From: Centroscyllium fabricii | Lineage: Eukaryota | Reading direction: 5' to 3' | NCBI GenBank assembly: GCA_051313645.2 | Contig: JBNRSN020000003.1 | Coordinates: 435,302,001-435,366,000, forward strand | DNA: 64,000 bases | Shown: in pieces, positions 1 to 12,123 of the stretch | Numbering within the stretch: the stretch's first letter is position 1 | Layout of the letters: each line of letters begins with the position of its first letter | Position numbers and translations under genes: made by a program | Notes under the pieces: generated by a model | Told to the model about the DNA's origin: nothing | The model's input: only the letters and a program-made list of their open reading frames with translations | Database searches by the model: none

Positions 1-350
1 AGAGTTCCAGATTTTCACTGCCCTTTGTTTTAAAAAGTGCTTCCTGATTTCACTCCTAAATAACCTCGCTCTAATTTTAAGATTATGCCCCCTTGTTCTG
101 GAGTTCCACATCAGAGGAAATTGTTTTGCTGTATCTAACCTATCAAATCCTTTTGCCATTTTAAAAACCTTGATTTGATCACCCCTCAACATTCTAAACT
201 TAAAGGAATACAAACCAAGTTTATGTAACCTGTCCTCATAGTTTAACCCTTTAAGCTCTGGTATCATTTTGGTGAATCTGCACTGTACCCCTTCCAAGGC
301 CAATACTTGAGGTGCAGTGCCTAAAATTCTTGTTGCAGCTGTATAATATT
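1..350 (-). mobile_element. Decayed CR1 LINE 3' fragment
   Basis: Aligns by eye to the CR1 fragment at 51300-51620 (ttaagattatgccc...gatcacccctcaac...ggtgaatctg). Confidence 0.8.
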
Positions 351-1937
351 ACTACACGTACCAAAACTAAACAATCTAATCAAGTCAGTGTGGGCCCAGA
401 AAAAAATCGTCAGGGCAAAATCTTGGTGTAATTGGCAGGATGGCACCCGCCAGTGACCTCCAGCACTGCCCCTGTCAGAGTTTCTAGGGTTCCCCAACCC
501 CTCCTGCAAGATCCATAATTTTGAGAACAAACAAAAATGAACTATCCTCAGGCTCCAGGCTGCTTGTCTAACTTGGCCCCTCTACTCACCAGTGGGATGT
601 ACTTCTTCCCATCTGGCAGCCGGTTCATCGAATCTCACTGGGCATACCAGTCTCCAATACTACGCTGGATACTGAGAGTCAGGGTGTAGGGAACCAACTC
701 TGACCGGAGTCCCTTACCCACGGCTACCTTGTAAAGGACAGGTGGATGTTCTGCCCCTTACAAGGAATGCCTGAAACTGTGGAGACCTGGCACAACCAGG
801 TCACTGCCAGTTTACATAGTATTACACAGCCGGGCTCACCTGGCTTCCCGCTGCAGTATGGACATTTTTCTTTTTAAATGAAGATTTGTTTCACCTGGGC
901 AGTTACTATGAATGTTGACACTAAAACTAAAGGAAAATTTGAAAAACAAAACTCTGCTCAGCAGTAACACCACTATACAGGGAGAAACTGTCTGATCAGG
1001 TTCCCACCATTGAGAATAATACAGAAATGAAGTTAGAAACACAGATTCCAGAGTATGGTGTGAAATGCACTGGGCCAAGACTAGTCAATTTAGCCGTTGA
1101 ATCAATGGTTGCAATTACTGCATTTCAACACCAACAGGCAACCTTATAAATATTGCAAGTTTCTGGTATAGGATTTTTAAATCTGCCCCAACAGTAAAAA
1201 GTAAAAATCTTTTGTTATTTTTCCATATTGTGGCATCTGAATTAAATAAAAATATATTTAACCTCTGCAATCTTTCCTTCACTCCACACCAGTCAAGACA
1301 ACCACTGACTGCTTCTGGGTTTTGAATCCCTGCTGACAGTTATCCTTGTTAAAAGTTTAATGCTCTAGTGTAATGTAATTCCCCCCCCCACCCCGGCAAT
1401 CACCACCTTTCTCTCCAAGTTAACCTATGGCTCAGAGTAGACCAGTGACCTGTTCCCACACTCAACTCTCCGTCCCGTTTTTCCTGCCTTTTTCTAGGAA
1501 GGTACCAGTAAACTGTTAACGTTTCAGTTTCTATCTCCGCACCTTTCACTCAAGTCATAAGGGCCTTTGTCAGGAATATCACACTTACCACATAAATCAT
1601 TGATATCTCCTATTTAATTTTAAATGCGTCTTATGATGTAATTGGGATGGAAACTTTATAACTGTATTTCCAATTCTAATTTTTAGAATTTATTCTCAAC
1701 TTACTATAGTATTTTACCTGCTTTTCCAGAGGTTTGTTTATATAGCAGGGCTGCTTTGTACTCCGATGGGAATGAACTTATGATCCATATACGGTAGTGC
1801 GAGAAAGGAATGACATTCTACACTAAATCAAAGTTTAAATGAAGAGAATTGACCCTTCTGTTCCCATCGAAAGACAAGGTCCCAATTTGGTGAGAAGAGA
1901 AAATTGCAGAGGGAAAAAACGTTTGTAATTCTCTTAC

Positions 1938-2022
1938 CCGATTTCATTGAGGTAAGTGAACAGTTCAAGGGCCGAGCTGTGAGTGGTCTTGTCACCCAGG
2001 TTGGTGACCTTGACAGGGACAC
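1938..2022 (-). CDS. ASS1: Argininosuccinate synthase coding exon (85 bp): (G)[27 protein letters not shown](G)
   Basis: gctgcag|GTGTCCCT...GAAATCGG|gtaaga. Homologous to human [28 protein letters not shown]. The four exons splice into one open frame. Confidence 0.96.
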
Positions 2023-3163
2023 CTGCAGCAGAGCAAAAAAGGAAAGCATTTCAAGGCAAAAGATCTCTAACTTCATGGCTGGTGCATTAAATGGGGCTGA
2101 CATATATGAACTATGAATACACTCTAGTAACTAAGAGCACAGTGGGCCTTGGCTGAGGAAGCTGCACCAAGAGACATAAAAACTCCTTTCTTTTTGGCCG
2201 TGAAATCATGGCCAGGCCCTTTACTAATTAAATTTCACACTTCAGCATTGTGTATGCCACAGCACCTTCTGTCCCACCAGTACCTCATGCAGGCTGGACA
2301 AATGAGCGAATAGAATGGGCTTTTTCAGGCTGATAAATGGAGGGGAGCGCACACTGCACGGTCGGCATGCACACATGCTCCACATTATCCTGCCCTACAA
2401 AGGTGAATGTCTGTAGTAGTCCATCAAGGGGAATAACCCCATGAATTAATCATTGCCCAAAACAGGCAAAAAAAAGGAGATGTCATTGGCCTTCGTATTA
2501 GCTGCACGAAATGAGCAATAAATGAAACAGGAAGCAGTTGGGGGTGTGGAAGGAGGAGAAGCAGAAAGCCAGTCTCTAATCTCCTTCACATCCATCTGTC
2601 TACCTTATTAGCATTTAGCACAGCAATCAGTTGCCAATCAGAGTAAAATAGTCTTTTTAGCCTTTTCTCCATAAAATGTAAGCTCCACATTAATGATTAC
2701 TAAACCCCGACAAATTTTTGCGCCTGTTGTATTGTCCTCCACTGAGCCTCGCGAGCACCAACATAGTCATCCTGTTGTCCAAAAAGCTACTTAAGTCTGA
2801 AAATAGTTAATAATTAGATTAAAACTTCAAATAAATTAACTCTTAGATGAATAGTTATAGCAGGGGGGCTTAGTCCATTACAGCCATTAAAATGTATTAG
2901 ATTTTGGGGCATCTATTCCCAGACACAAAAGACGTTAACATAATAGGGCTGTAGAAAAGCACTGCATTGCTTCTCTGAAATAAAAACACAATAAAAAGTA
3001 GTGTTAAAAGGAAAAGCCTAATAATTTAACACTTTCAAGATGTATTTCTATTTGTGTTTCACATCACCAGCAGCACATTAACTTAACTATTCCAAAAGTC
3101 TAATTTTCAAAATAAAAGTTAATACTATAGTTTTTAGTCATAAAAACATATTTAATGGCAATA

Positions 3164-3732
3164 CAGTCCCTACCGCTTATAGTGGGTACATTGCGTCAAC
3201 GAGATTTGCCCCCATATACGCAGCGGACGTGTAACCAAGAAAACCCGTACAAGTGCGTCGGGGCCAGGGTCTACCAGCCACATGAAAACGTCGGGGCTGG
3301 GGTCCTCAAGCTTGCGTGCAAGAGTGTTGGGGCCGGAGTCCGGGGCAACTACGAGGAGCTCAACAAGCGTTGGAGCCAGGGTCCTCAAGCTTGTGTGAAA
3401 GTTTCGGGACAATGACAAGGAGCTCAACAAGCCGGCATGAAGAGCTTGCAGGAGTTCTCGAGTTGAGTCAGTGCGCGAGTTAAACAAACAAAATCTGATC
3501 TCTCACCTTGGCTTGTAATGCGTTAATTTTAACTTGTGAGAGAAAATAGGGAATGACCAGATAGTAAAGGGATTGCGTGAACAGCTGCTTGAAATGCCCG
3601 AAAGAGCTGGCGTGCTTAATTCGGATGCAACAGCACCTTTGTAAATGATGCCAATGGCAAATGGTCAGCGCCATTTGTCCGATATAGGCGGCTATCCTGG
3701 ATAAGAGAGGATGGTGTAAGTGGTGGGGACTG
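3164..3732. mobile_element. Tc1/mariner (pogo/Tigger-like) non-autonomous element
   Basis: Imperfect TIRs CAGTCCCTACCGCTTATA and CAGTCCCCACCACTTACA (rc), flanked by TA on both sides. Confidence 0.75.
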
Positions 3733-3734
3733 TA

Positions 3735-3973
3735 AACATAGAAGATAGGAGCAGGAGTAGGCCATTAGGCCCTTCGAGCCTGCTCCGCCAATCAACGAGA
3801 TCATGGCCGATCATCCAAACCCAGTACCCCGTCCCTGCCTTGTCCCCATAACCCTATCGAGCCTGCACCGACACATACCCCACCCTATCCCCGCAACCCC
3901 ACACATTCAATCCCCCTAACACTAAGGGTCAATTTATCATGGCCAATCAACCTAACCCGCACATCTTTGGACT
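3735..3973 (-). mobile_element. HE1-type SINE, 5'-truncated
   Basis: Same body and CR1-derived tail as the full copy at 55273-55672; the tRNA head is missing. Confidence 0.85.
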
Positions 3974-4092
3974 AATTCTCCTTCATCAAAAGTTACAAGT
4001 GTATTTATACATTCTTTTGTTTCAACCTCTGCTCCTTAACTCATGAATCCTCAGTGCTTTGCAGTCGACTCTCCAAGACAATGAAAAACTAT

Positions 4093-4961
4093 GGGGGGAA
4101 TTTTAGGAGGTCCCTGAGTGCGGGTTTCTGGTGGGCCCGTTTCAAAAATTCCAATCCGGCGGGCGGGAAGGTACCCCGCCGGATCCCCGCCCATTTGGGA
4201 TTTTTGTCGGGCGGGTTTTCCCGCCCCGCATTTCTTCCGCCGGAGGGGATACAGATTGAGGTCATTGAGGGCCCTTAATTGGATGGCTAATCCTATTTTA
4301 AGTGCCCTCAGCTATTTTAGCCCTCTTCACACCCAAAACCCGCCTGTTGAAAACCTGCCGTGAAAAAGGTGGTGGGAATCCAGGCGGCTGGGTGTCTGCC
4401 ACCTTCAAGGCATGGGCACAGCACCCACACAGCAGCTTGCTAGCCTCCACCATACTGGAGGTGCAGCTGCCACCCAAGGGTGAGAAACTTCAGAGCCCAA
4501 AACCTTGAAATCGCTCACCTTCATATCGCTCCTATTTAACAGACATCGCGCTGCAGCGCTGTGTCTGTGAGCCCAACTGTCAATCACCTAGGGGATCAGT
4601 TTCTGTTTACATTGAAACCACAAACAAACATGACTCACTTCAACTGTTTGTTTTGTGGTTTCAAGTGTTTCTTTCAAAGTCTGACTCACCCGGCTATGTA
4701 AACATAGGAACAAAGGCAACACTTCAGATCTGTTAATCAAGCTTAGTGAGTTCTTACTACTCAGGCCCAACTCAAACTGTGAATGTGAAGGGCTTTGCTC
4801 CCGCCAATTAGTGTGTATTGGGAGCCCGACAGTTCGGCGGGGATTTAATTGGCCACTTGAGCCAAAATCGCTCCGATCTCCCAGGTCCTTGGGCGGGCGG
4901 GACAGAAGACTGACCCACCCAAAACCCGCCAACTTCCCACAGCTTTTTAAAAATTCCCCTC
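4093..4961. mobile_element. Non-autonomous PIF/Harbinger element, family X copy A
   Basis: TIR GGGGGGAATTTT / AAAATTCCCCTC with 3-bp TSD TAT. Collinear with the copies at 13784 and 62460. Confidence 0.85.
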
Positions 4962-5109
4962 TATGTTACAGTTACAGTGAAAACCCTTCAGAACTCACTA
5001 GCAGGACATAAAAGCTGCTAAAATCCAATAATATGTAGACTGGAATGACATAAAGTACTACTATAATGTGCTAGAAGTAGTATAGCTCCAAGTATATCAA
5101 TATTGCAGC

Positions 5110-6530
5110 TCTGAAGAGCGCAGATGGTGGCAAGCTCTTCACCGACAAGGCTGAGATTAGCAGAGAAGGCGCTATCACTGATGACCCACTGAATAGACTA
5201 TCTATTATGTCATAGGATTTGTCCAGAGTCACACACGAACCAAAATATAACACAGATGAGATTCTCCACAATTACAGAGGTTAATGAAGATATTAAGGCA
5301 ATGAAGTCTGGTAAAGCTTAAGGACAAGGCAGGATTCCAGCGTGCAGCTGAGAGCTCACGGTCAGCTATATAAACCCTTCAAAATCACTTGATGACATCC
5401 CAAGAGCTAAAGCATGTGACAGTGACCATCACATACAAGCAAAAGAGCAGTTACAACTGTTGCTGAATTTCATCGGTTTCAGTGGCTGGGAAGTCACTCC
5501 GACGACTGTTCCTCAAGCACCCGCTTGAAAGCATGGTTCTCTCAAGTTCTCCCACAACCACAAATTTGGAGCAAACTACACCACCACGGACATGGTTTTA
5601 TTGCTTAGAAGATTCAAGAGAAATGTATAGAGCAACATAAGAACCTTTGCATGGTCTTCATTGACCTGACCACAGCTTTTGACACAGTCAGCCAACTAGG
5701 TCTATGGAAACTGTTTTCCAAGTCTCACTTCCAGAGCGATTTGGCCGGATTGTGCATCAGCGATAGAATGCATGATAGACCGAGTGTGATGGAGCTCTGT
5801 CCAAACCTTTTGCCATTATCAATGGGAGTTGAACAAGGGGGCATGCTTGCACGGAGTTTCTTTAGATTGTTCTTTGCAGCTATGGTAGATGATCTAAGAA
5901 GTTAAATGTGGGTATTCCCTTTCTGCACATCTAGGAAGTTGTTCACAGAAACACAGAAGATAGGAGCAGGAGTAGGCCATTCGAGCCTGCTCCGCCATTT
6001 TGATGAGATCATGGCTGATCATCCAAACCCAGCACCCCCCTCCTACCCTCTCCCCATATCCCCCAACACCCCCAACTCTAAGAACTATATCTCACACACA
6101 TACTCATGGGCAATTTTTTTAGTATCTCCAATTCACCTAACTTGCATGTCTTTGGGTGGTGGGAGGAAACTGGAGTAGCCGGAGGAAACCCACACGAACA
6201 CGGGGAGAACATGCAAACTCCACGCAGAGAGATCCCGGGCCAAGCAGGATTCGAACCCAGGAGCTCCTTATTGCGAGGCAGCAGTGCTAACCACTGCGCC
6301 ACCGTGTCGTCCTTGAGTAAACTACAAATCTCAACAGCATCACAGAGGAAGTTATGTGTGAGGTACCAACAAAGGTGGATCTGCAGCATTAAACAACTAC
6401 CCTGTACGGCTTTAATCACATGGCTGAAGAAAATGTTGGTCATGCTAGCCCTAGGAAAGTGCTGCACCAAACCAACTGTTATCATTGACAATGCTGAAAT
6501 AAAGTGGTCAGCAAGTTCATATGTATGGGT
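5110..6530 (+). mobile_element. Old RTE-clade LINE remnant, interrupted; resumes at about 7644-7725
   Basis: Translated pieces KSADGGKLFTDKAEIS, VFIDLTTAFDTVSQLGLWKL and GVEQGGMLARSFFRLFFAAMV resemble RTE/BovB reverse transcriptase motifs. Many frameshifts. Confidence 0.8.
5945..6312 (-). mobile_element. HE1-type SINE inserted in the RTE remnant
   Basis: tRNA-like head on the minus strand (GTGGCGCAGTGGTTAGCAC A box, GGGTTCGAATCC B box), V-domain-like core and CR1 tail. Confidence 0.9.
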
Positions 6531-6539
6531 AGAGTCATA

Positions 6540-7249
6540 GAGGGCTAAATTCGTCTGCACACGATTTCTGGCGCTAAAATGGGCGCCACGCTAAAATTAG
6601 CGCCGAAGTGCCCGATATTGGCATTAGCGCCAGCCTTGCAGATTTCGGCGCTAATTCAGGTGTTGCACGACTTCCGGGCGGCCAATTTTTTGCCGCTAAT
6701 TGCCGTTCCCGGGCACAGCGCTCCCTAACCAACTGCTTGCTTCCCCACGACCTCTGGAGCCGAATAGGTCTTAAAGGGGTAGGGGAAGCAGAGCAGCATG
6801 TTTTGGTCCCCCTCCCTCATCATCTCCCCGATCTCAGGCCGCCCGACCCCCCCTCCCCGCTCCCTCATCAACTGCTCGATCGCGGGCCGCCCGACCCCCT
6901 CCCCGCTCCCTCATCAACTGGCCGAACTCGGGCCGAGGAGGGAGGGTCGCCCTTTTAGCAGCGCTGCAGCGGCCACTCAAAGCCGCAGCAGAGCTTGCCA
7001 AAGCTGGCGCTGGCAGCGCAGGGCGGGGTGAACTGGTGCAGAAGCTAATTTCGGGTGCAGCCCGGCGGGCGGGTGTTGCACACGCATTTTAACAAGGATT
7101 GCTGATCGCTAATTAGCGTGCGCTAACATTTAACGCTGGCGCTGGCAAATTTAGCGATCGGCGCTATTTTTGGCACTAATTCGGCGCCGGCCCATTAGCG
7201 CCCATTTCCAGCGCGAATGGGTCAGCGTTAAGGCGCCAATTTCGTACCC
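6540..7249. mobile_element. GC-rich Harbinger-type MITE with TTAGCGC/GCGCTAA subterminal repeats
   Basis: Interrupts a CR1 tail (agagtc-ATA-[element]-ATA-gagttatacagc). Imperfect TIRs GAGGGCTAAATT / GGGTACGAAATT. Confidence 0.7.
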
Positions 7250-7643
7250 ATAGAGTTATACAGCACAGAAAGAGGCCCTTGCGGCCCATCGCATCCGTGC
7301 CGCCCATCAATCCCTGTCTATTCTAATCCCATTTTCCTGCACTTGGTCCGTAGCCTTGTATGCTATGGCATTTCAAGTGCTCACCTAAATGCTTCTTGAA
7401 TGTTGTGAGGGTTCCTGCCTCCACCACCTATTCAGGCAGTGAGTTCCAGATTCCAACCACCCTCTGGGTGAAAAAGTTCTTCCTCAAATCCCCTCTAAAC
7501 CTCCTGCCCCTTACCTTGAAACTATGCCCCCTTGTTATTGACCCCTCTACCAAGGGAAAAAGTTCCTTACTATTTACCTTATCTATGCCCCTCATAATTT
7601 TGTGCACCTCAATCAGGTCCCCCCTCAGCCTTCTCTGCTCCAA
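7250..7643 (-). mobile_element. CR1 LINE 3' fragment
   Basis: ORF 7428..7730 contains LEQRRLRGDLIEVHKIMRG...TRGHSFK...FFTQRVVGIWNSLP, the CR1 ORF2 C-terminus. Confidence 0.92.
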
Positions 7644-7739
7644 GGGTAATGTGTTGTTAAATGATACATCACTCATATTTGAAAAGTCAGCTCTGCATTC
7701 AGAAGACTGATATGCATGTCTTGCACACACTAAACAATT

Positions 7740-9809
7740 TTATATGAGGAGGAAAGGAAGGGCATCCAAAGCTAGAGCTCCCTGGAGGACTAAAGAAATT
7801 GAGATTGAATGAAACAAAAAAAGGCAGCTCATGATAAATGTCAGGTTCATAACACAGTAGAAAATCAAGCAGAATACAGAAAGTGCAGAGGAGAACTGAA
7901 AAAGGAAATAAGGGGGCAAAGAGTGCAAGAGAAAATATTAGCGGGTAATATAAAAGGGAACACTAATATATTTTATAAACATATAAACAGTAAAAGAAGT
8001 CAAAGGAATGGTGAGGCTGATTAGAGACCAAAAAAATCTTATTGAGGCAGAGAGCATGGCTGAGGTACTAAATCAATACTTTGCATCTGTCTTCATAAAA
8101 TAAGAGAATGCTGCCAATGTCACAGTAAGAGGGGTAGAGAAATTGGATAAGATAAAAAGGAGATACTTAAGATTGGCAGCGCTCAAAGTAGAAAAGTCAC
8201 CAGGTACAGATGAGATGAATCCTAGGTTGCCGAGGGAAGTAAGTAGTAGAAATAAGTAGGGCTCAAGCGACAATCTTTGCTTGGATATGGGAGTGGTGCC
8301 AGAGGACTGGAGGGTTGAAAATGTTGTACGCATGTTCAAAAAAGGAGGGGGATAAACCTGGTAACTACAGGCCAGTCAGCCTAACAGCAGTGGTGGGGAA
8401 ACTTCTAGAGACCATAATCGGGGACAAAATTGTCAGTTGGAAAAACATGGGTTAATAAATGACAGCCAACACGGAATTGTTAATGGCATATAGGGGGGAA
8501 AATGGGATTGCTTTACGCCTCCAGTTAGCGTTCTAAGAGGGTTAGGGTTAATGCTAAATCTTAGAGGGCGCTAGCATGGCGTAAAGCAACTAGCGCCCGG
8601 GCGCAGCACCACCCACACCTCCCACAAAATTCAGCGGGAGATTAGTGGCGACGCTAACCGGTAGCATCCCACGGTGCTAACTGGTAGTGCCCCGCTCACA
8701 CCCGGCCGCGATCTTCGGGAGCGTCCCGACTTACCGCCGGACGCCATGTTAGACAGGGGGGCCTACCTGCAACCAGACAGGTGCTATTTAAAGGCGAGGT
8801 GCGGGGCAGTCATTTTTGTTGCTGGCCCCCTGCCAGCACCTGCCTGCGCTCCCGTCCCCGGCCTCCAGATCAGCCCCCCACGGAGTGCCAGCTGTGCTCC
8901 AAAAGCCCAGCACTTCTCGAGTGCCGGACCCTTTTGCCGGTGCCCTGGGTCACGCTGTGCAAGGCCCCTCCCCTTTAAGGGGAGGAAGGCCTGCAATGCC
9001 ACGGCACGTAGCACCGCGATATTGACTTGCAGCGCCCCAAGAGGGAGGCGGGACGCTTCCAGTAGTGCCCCACTTCCATTGGGGCACAACCACTCAATTT
9101 CCAGTGCAGGGGTTCTAATTTCTCCGGGGCGCTAAACCCGGCAAAGTTAGCATCCCAAATGGGGCGCTACTCAATTTTTACAAACTTGATTGGACTCTTC
9201 AATAAAATAATGGAGAGGTTTGACGAAGGTAGTCCAGTTGATGTAGTGTATATGCACTTCCAAAAGGCCACTTGACAAAGTGCCACATAATAGATTTGTT
9301 AGTAAAATTGAAGCCCATGGGAGTAAAGGAGCAGTAGCAGCGTAGATATGAAATTGGCCAAGAAACAGATCGTAGACAGTAGTGGTGAACGGTTGTGTTT
9401 CAGATTGGAGTAAAGCATACAATGATGTCCCCCAGGGGTTGGTTTTAGGACCACTGTTCTTTTTAATATATATTATTGAGCTAGATTGGTGATATAGGGC
9501 CCAGATTTGGTGATATAGGGCATAGTTTCAAAGTTTGCAGATGACAGAAACCTCGGAACTGTAGTAAACAATGAGGTGGATAGTAGCAGACTTCAGGAGG
9601 ACAGAGACAGACTGGTGAAATGGGCAGACACATGGCAGATGAAATTTAATGGAGAAGTGTGAAGTGATACATTTTGGAAGGAAGAATGAGGAGAGGTTAT
9701 ATAAACTAAATGGTACAATTTTAAAGGGATGGAGGAATAGAGAGACCTGGGGGTTCACATATACAAATCTGTTGAAGGTGGCAGCACAAGTTGATAAGGC
9801 TGGTAAAAA
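7740..9809 (+). mobile_element. Older CR1 LINE ORF2 fragment, interrupted by a MITE and by a younger CR1; resumes at 12403-12531
   Basis: Decayed CR1 RT motifs (KSPGxD, NYRPVSL, DVVYMHFQK, PQG, KFADD). The sequence continues in register after 12402. Confidence 0.9.
8493..9179. mobile_element. Harbinger-type MITE, family Y, right end clipped
   Basis: Begins ATA-GGGGGGAAAATGGG, is collinear with 43525-44201, and sits inside CR1 coding sequence. Confidence 0.75.
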
Positions 9810-12090
9810 TTCCTAGAGTGTATACGGGATGGTTTCCAGGACCAATATGTCGAGGAACCAACTAGAGATCAGGCCATCTTAGACTGGGTATTATGCAATG
9901 AGAAAGGATTGATTAGCAATCTTGTTGTGCACGGCCCCATGGGGAGGATCGATCATAATATGATCGAATTGTTCATTAAGATGGAGAGTGAAGTAGTTGA
10001 CTCAGAGCCGAGGGTACTGAATTTAAATAAAAGCAAACTACGATGGTATGAGGCGTGAGTTGGCTAGGATGGATTGGGGAATGTTGCTTAAAGGGTTGAC
10101 GGTGGATAGGCAATGGCAAACATTTAATGATCGCATGGATGAATGACAGAATTTGTTCATCCCTGTCTGGCATAAAAAAAATAAAAAAAAGATGGCGCAA
10201 CCGTGGCTAACAAGGGAAATTAGGGATGGCATAAGATCCGAGAGGACATATAAATTGGCCAGAAAAAGCAGCAAACCAGAGGATTGGGAGCAGTTTATGA
10301 TTCAGCAAAGGAGGACAAAAGGATTAGTTAAGAGGGGGAAAGAGTATGAGAGCAAGCTTGCAGGGAACATAAAAAACGACTGTAAAAGCTTCGATAGATA
10401 TGTGAAGAGAAAAAGATTGCTGAAGTCAAGCGTAGGTCCCTTGCAGTCAGAATCAGGGAAATTTATAATGGGGAACAAAGAAATGGCAGACCAATTAAAT
10501 ACATACTTTGGTTCGGTCTTCACAAAGGAGGACACAAATAACCTCCCAGAGATGTCGAGGAACATAGGGTCTAATGAGAAGGAGGAACTGAATTAAATCA
10601 GCATTTGTAGGGAAATGGTGTAAGGGAAATTGACGGGATTGAAGGCCGATAAATCCCCAGGGCCTGATAATCTACATCCTAGGGTACTTAAGGAGGTGGC
10701 CCTAGAAATAGCAGATGCATTGCTGGTCATCTTCCAAAATTCTATAGACTCTAGAACAGTTCCCATGGATTGGAGGGTAGGTAATGTAACTCCACCATTT
10801 AAAAAAGGTGGTAGAGAGAAAACGGGGAATTATAGACCAGTAAGCCTGAAAGGTAGTGGGGCAAATGCTGGAGTCCATTATAAAAGATGTAATAGCAGAG
10901 CACTTGGAAAACAGTGACAGGATTGGACAAAGTCAACATGGATTTACAAAAGGTAAATCGTGCTTGACTAATCGACTGGAATTTTTTGAGGATGTAACTG
11001 GTAGAATAGATAAGGGAGAACCAGTGGATGTGGTGTATTTGGACTTTCAGAAGGCTTTCGATAAGGTCCCGCATAAGAGATTAGCGTGTAAAGTTAAAGC
11101 ACATAGGATTGGGGGTAAGGTACTAACTTGAATAGAGAACTGGTTGGCAGACAGGAAGCAAAGAGTTGGAATAAATGGATCTTTTTCCGAGTGGCAGGCA
11201 GTGACTAGTGGGGTACCGCAGGGATCGGTGCTAGGACCCCAGTTATTCACAATATATGTTAATGAACTAGACGAGGGAACTAGATGTAATATCTCCAAGT
11301 TTGCAGACGACACAAAGCTGGGTGGGCGTGTGTGCGGTGAGGAGGATGCTGAGAAACGTCAGTATGATTTGGACAGGTTAGCATCTGCCCAATGTGGATA
11401 AATGCGAGGTTATCCACTTTGGTGGCAAAAACAGGAAGATAGATTGGGAGAAGGGGAAGTGCAACGAGACCTGGGTGTCCTTGTGCACCAGTCGCTGAAG
11501 ATAAGCATGCAGGTGCAGCAGGCGGTTAAGAAGGCAAAAGTTATGTTGGCCTTCAAAGCGAGAGGATTAGAGTACAGGAGCAAGGATGTCTTGCTGCAGT
11601 TGTACAGGGCCTTGGTGAGACCACCCCTCGATTATGGTGTACAGTTTTGATCCCCTTATCTGAGGAAGGATGTTCTTGCCATGGAGGGAGTGCAGTGATA
11701 CCTGGGATGGCAGGAATGACGTATGGGGAGAGATTGGGTCGATTGGGCTTATATTCGCTGGAGTTTAGAAGAATGAGAGGGGATCTCATTGAAACTTATA
11801 AAATTCTAACAGGACTAGACGGACTAGATGCAGGAAGGATGTTCCCGATGGCAGGAGAGTCCTGAACTAGGGGTCACAGTCTAAGGATAAGGGGTAAGCC
11901 ATTTAGGACTGAGATGAGGAGGAATTTCTTCACCTAGAGAGTGGTCTTCTTCTTGTCGTATCTTCTTTCGAAGTGGTGGATGGAGTTTTTGACAGACCGG
12001 TTAATGGTCTGCCTTTTGACCGCGCGTTAGCGCCTCCTCCGTGGTCACTGCCTGCTATTGCACCTGGTCTTCCCCGATGGTCTCCCATCC

Positions 12091-12123
<33 letters not shown>

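Noticed and set aside
1-1937. Expected downstream ASS1 exon (GKHGVGRIDIVENR...)
   Set aside because: No matching sequence found; presumably outside the window.
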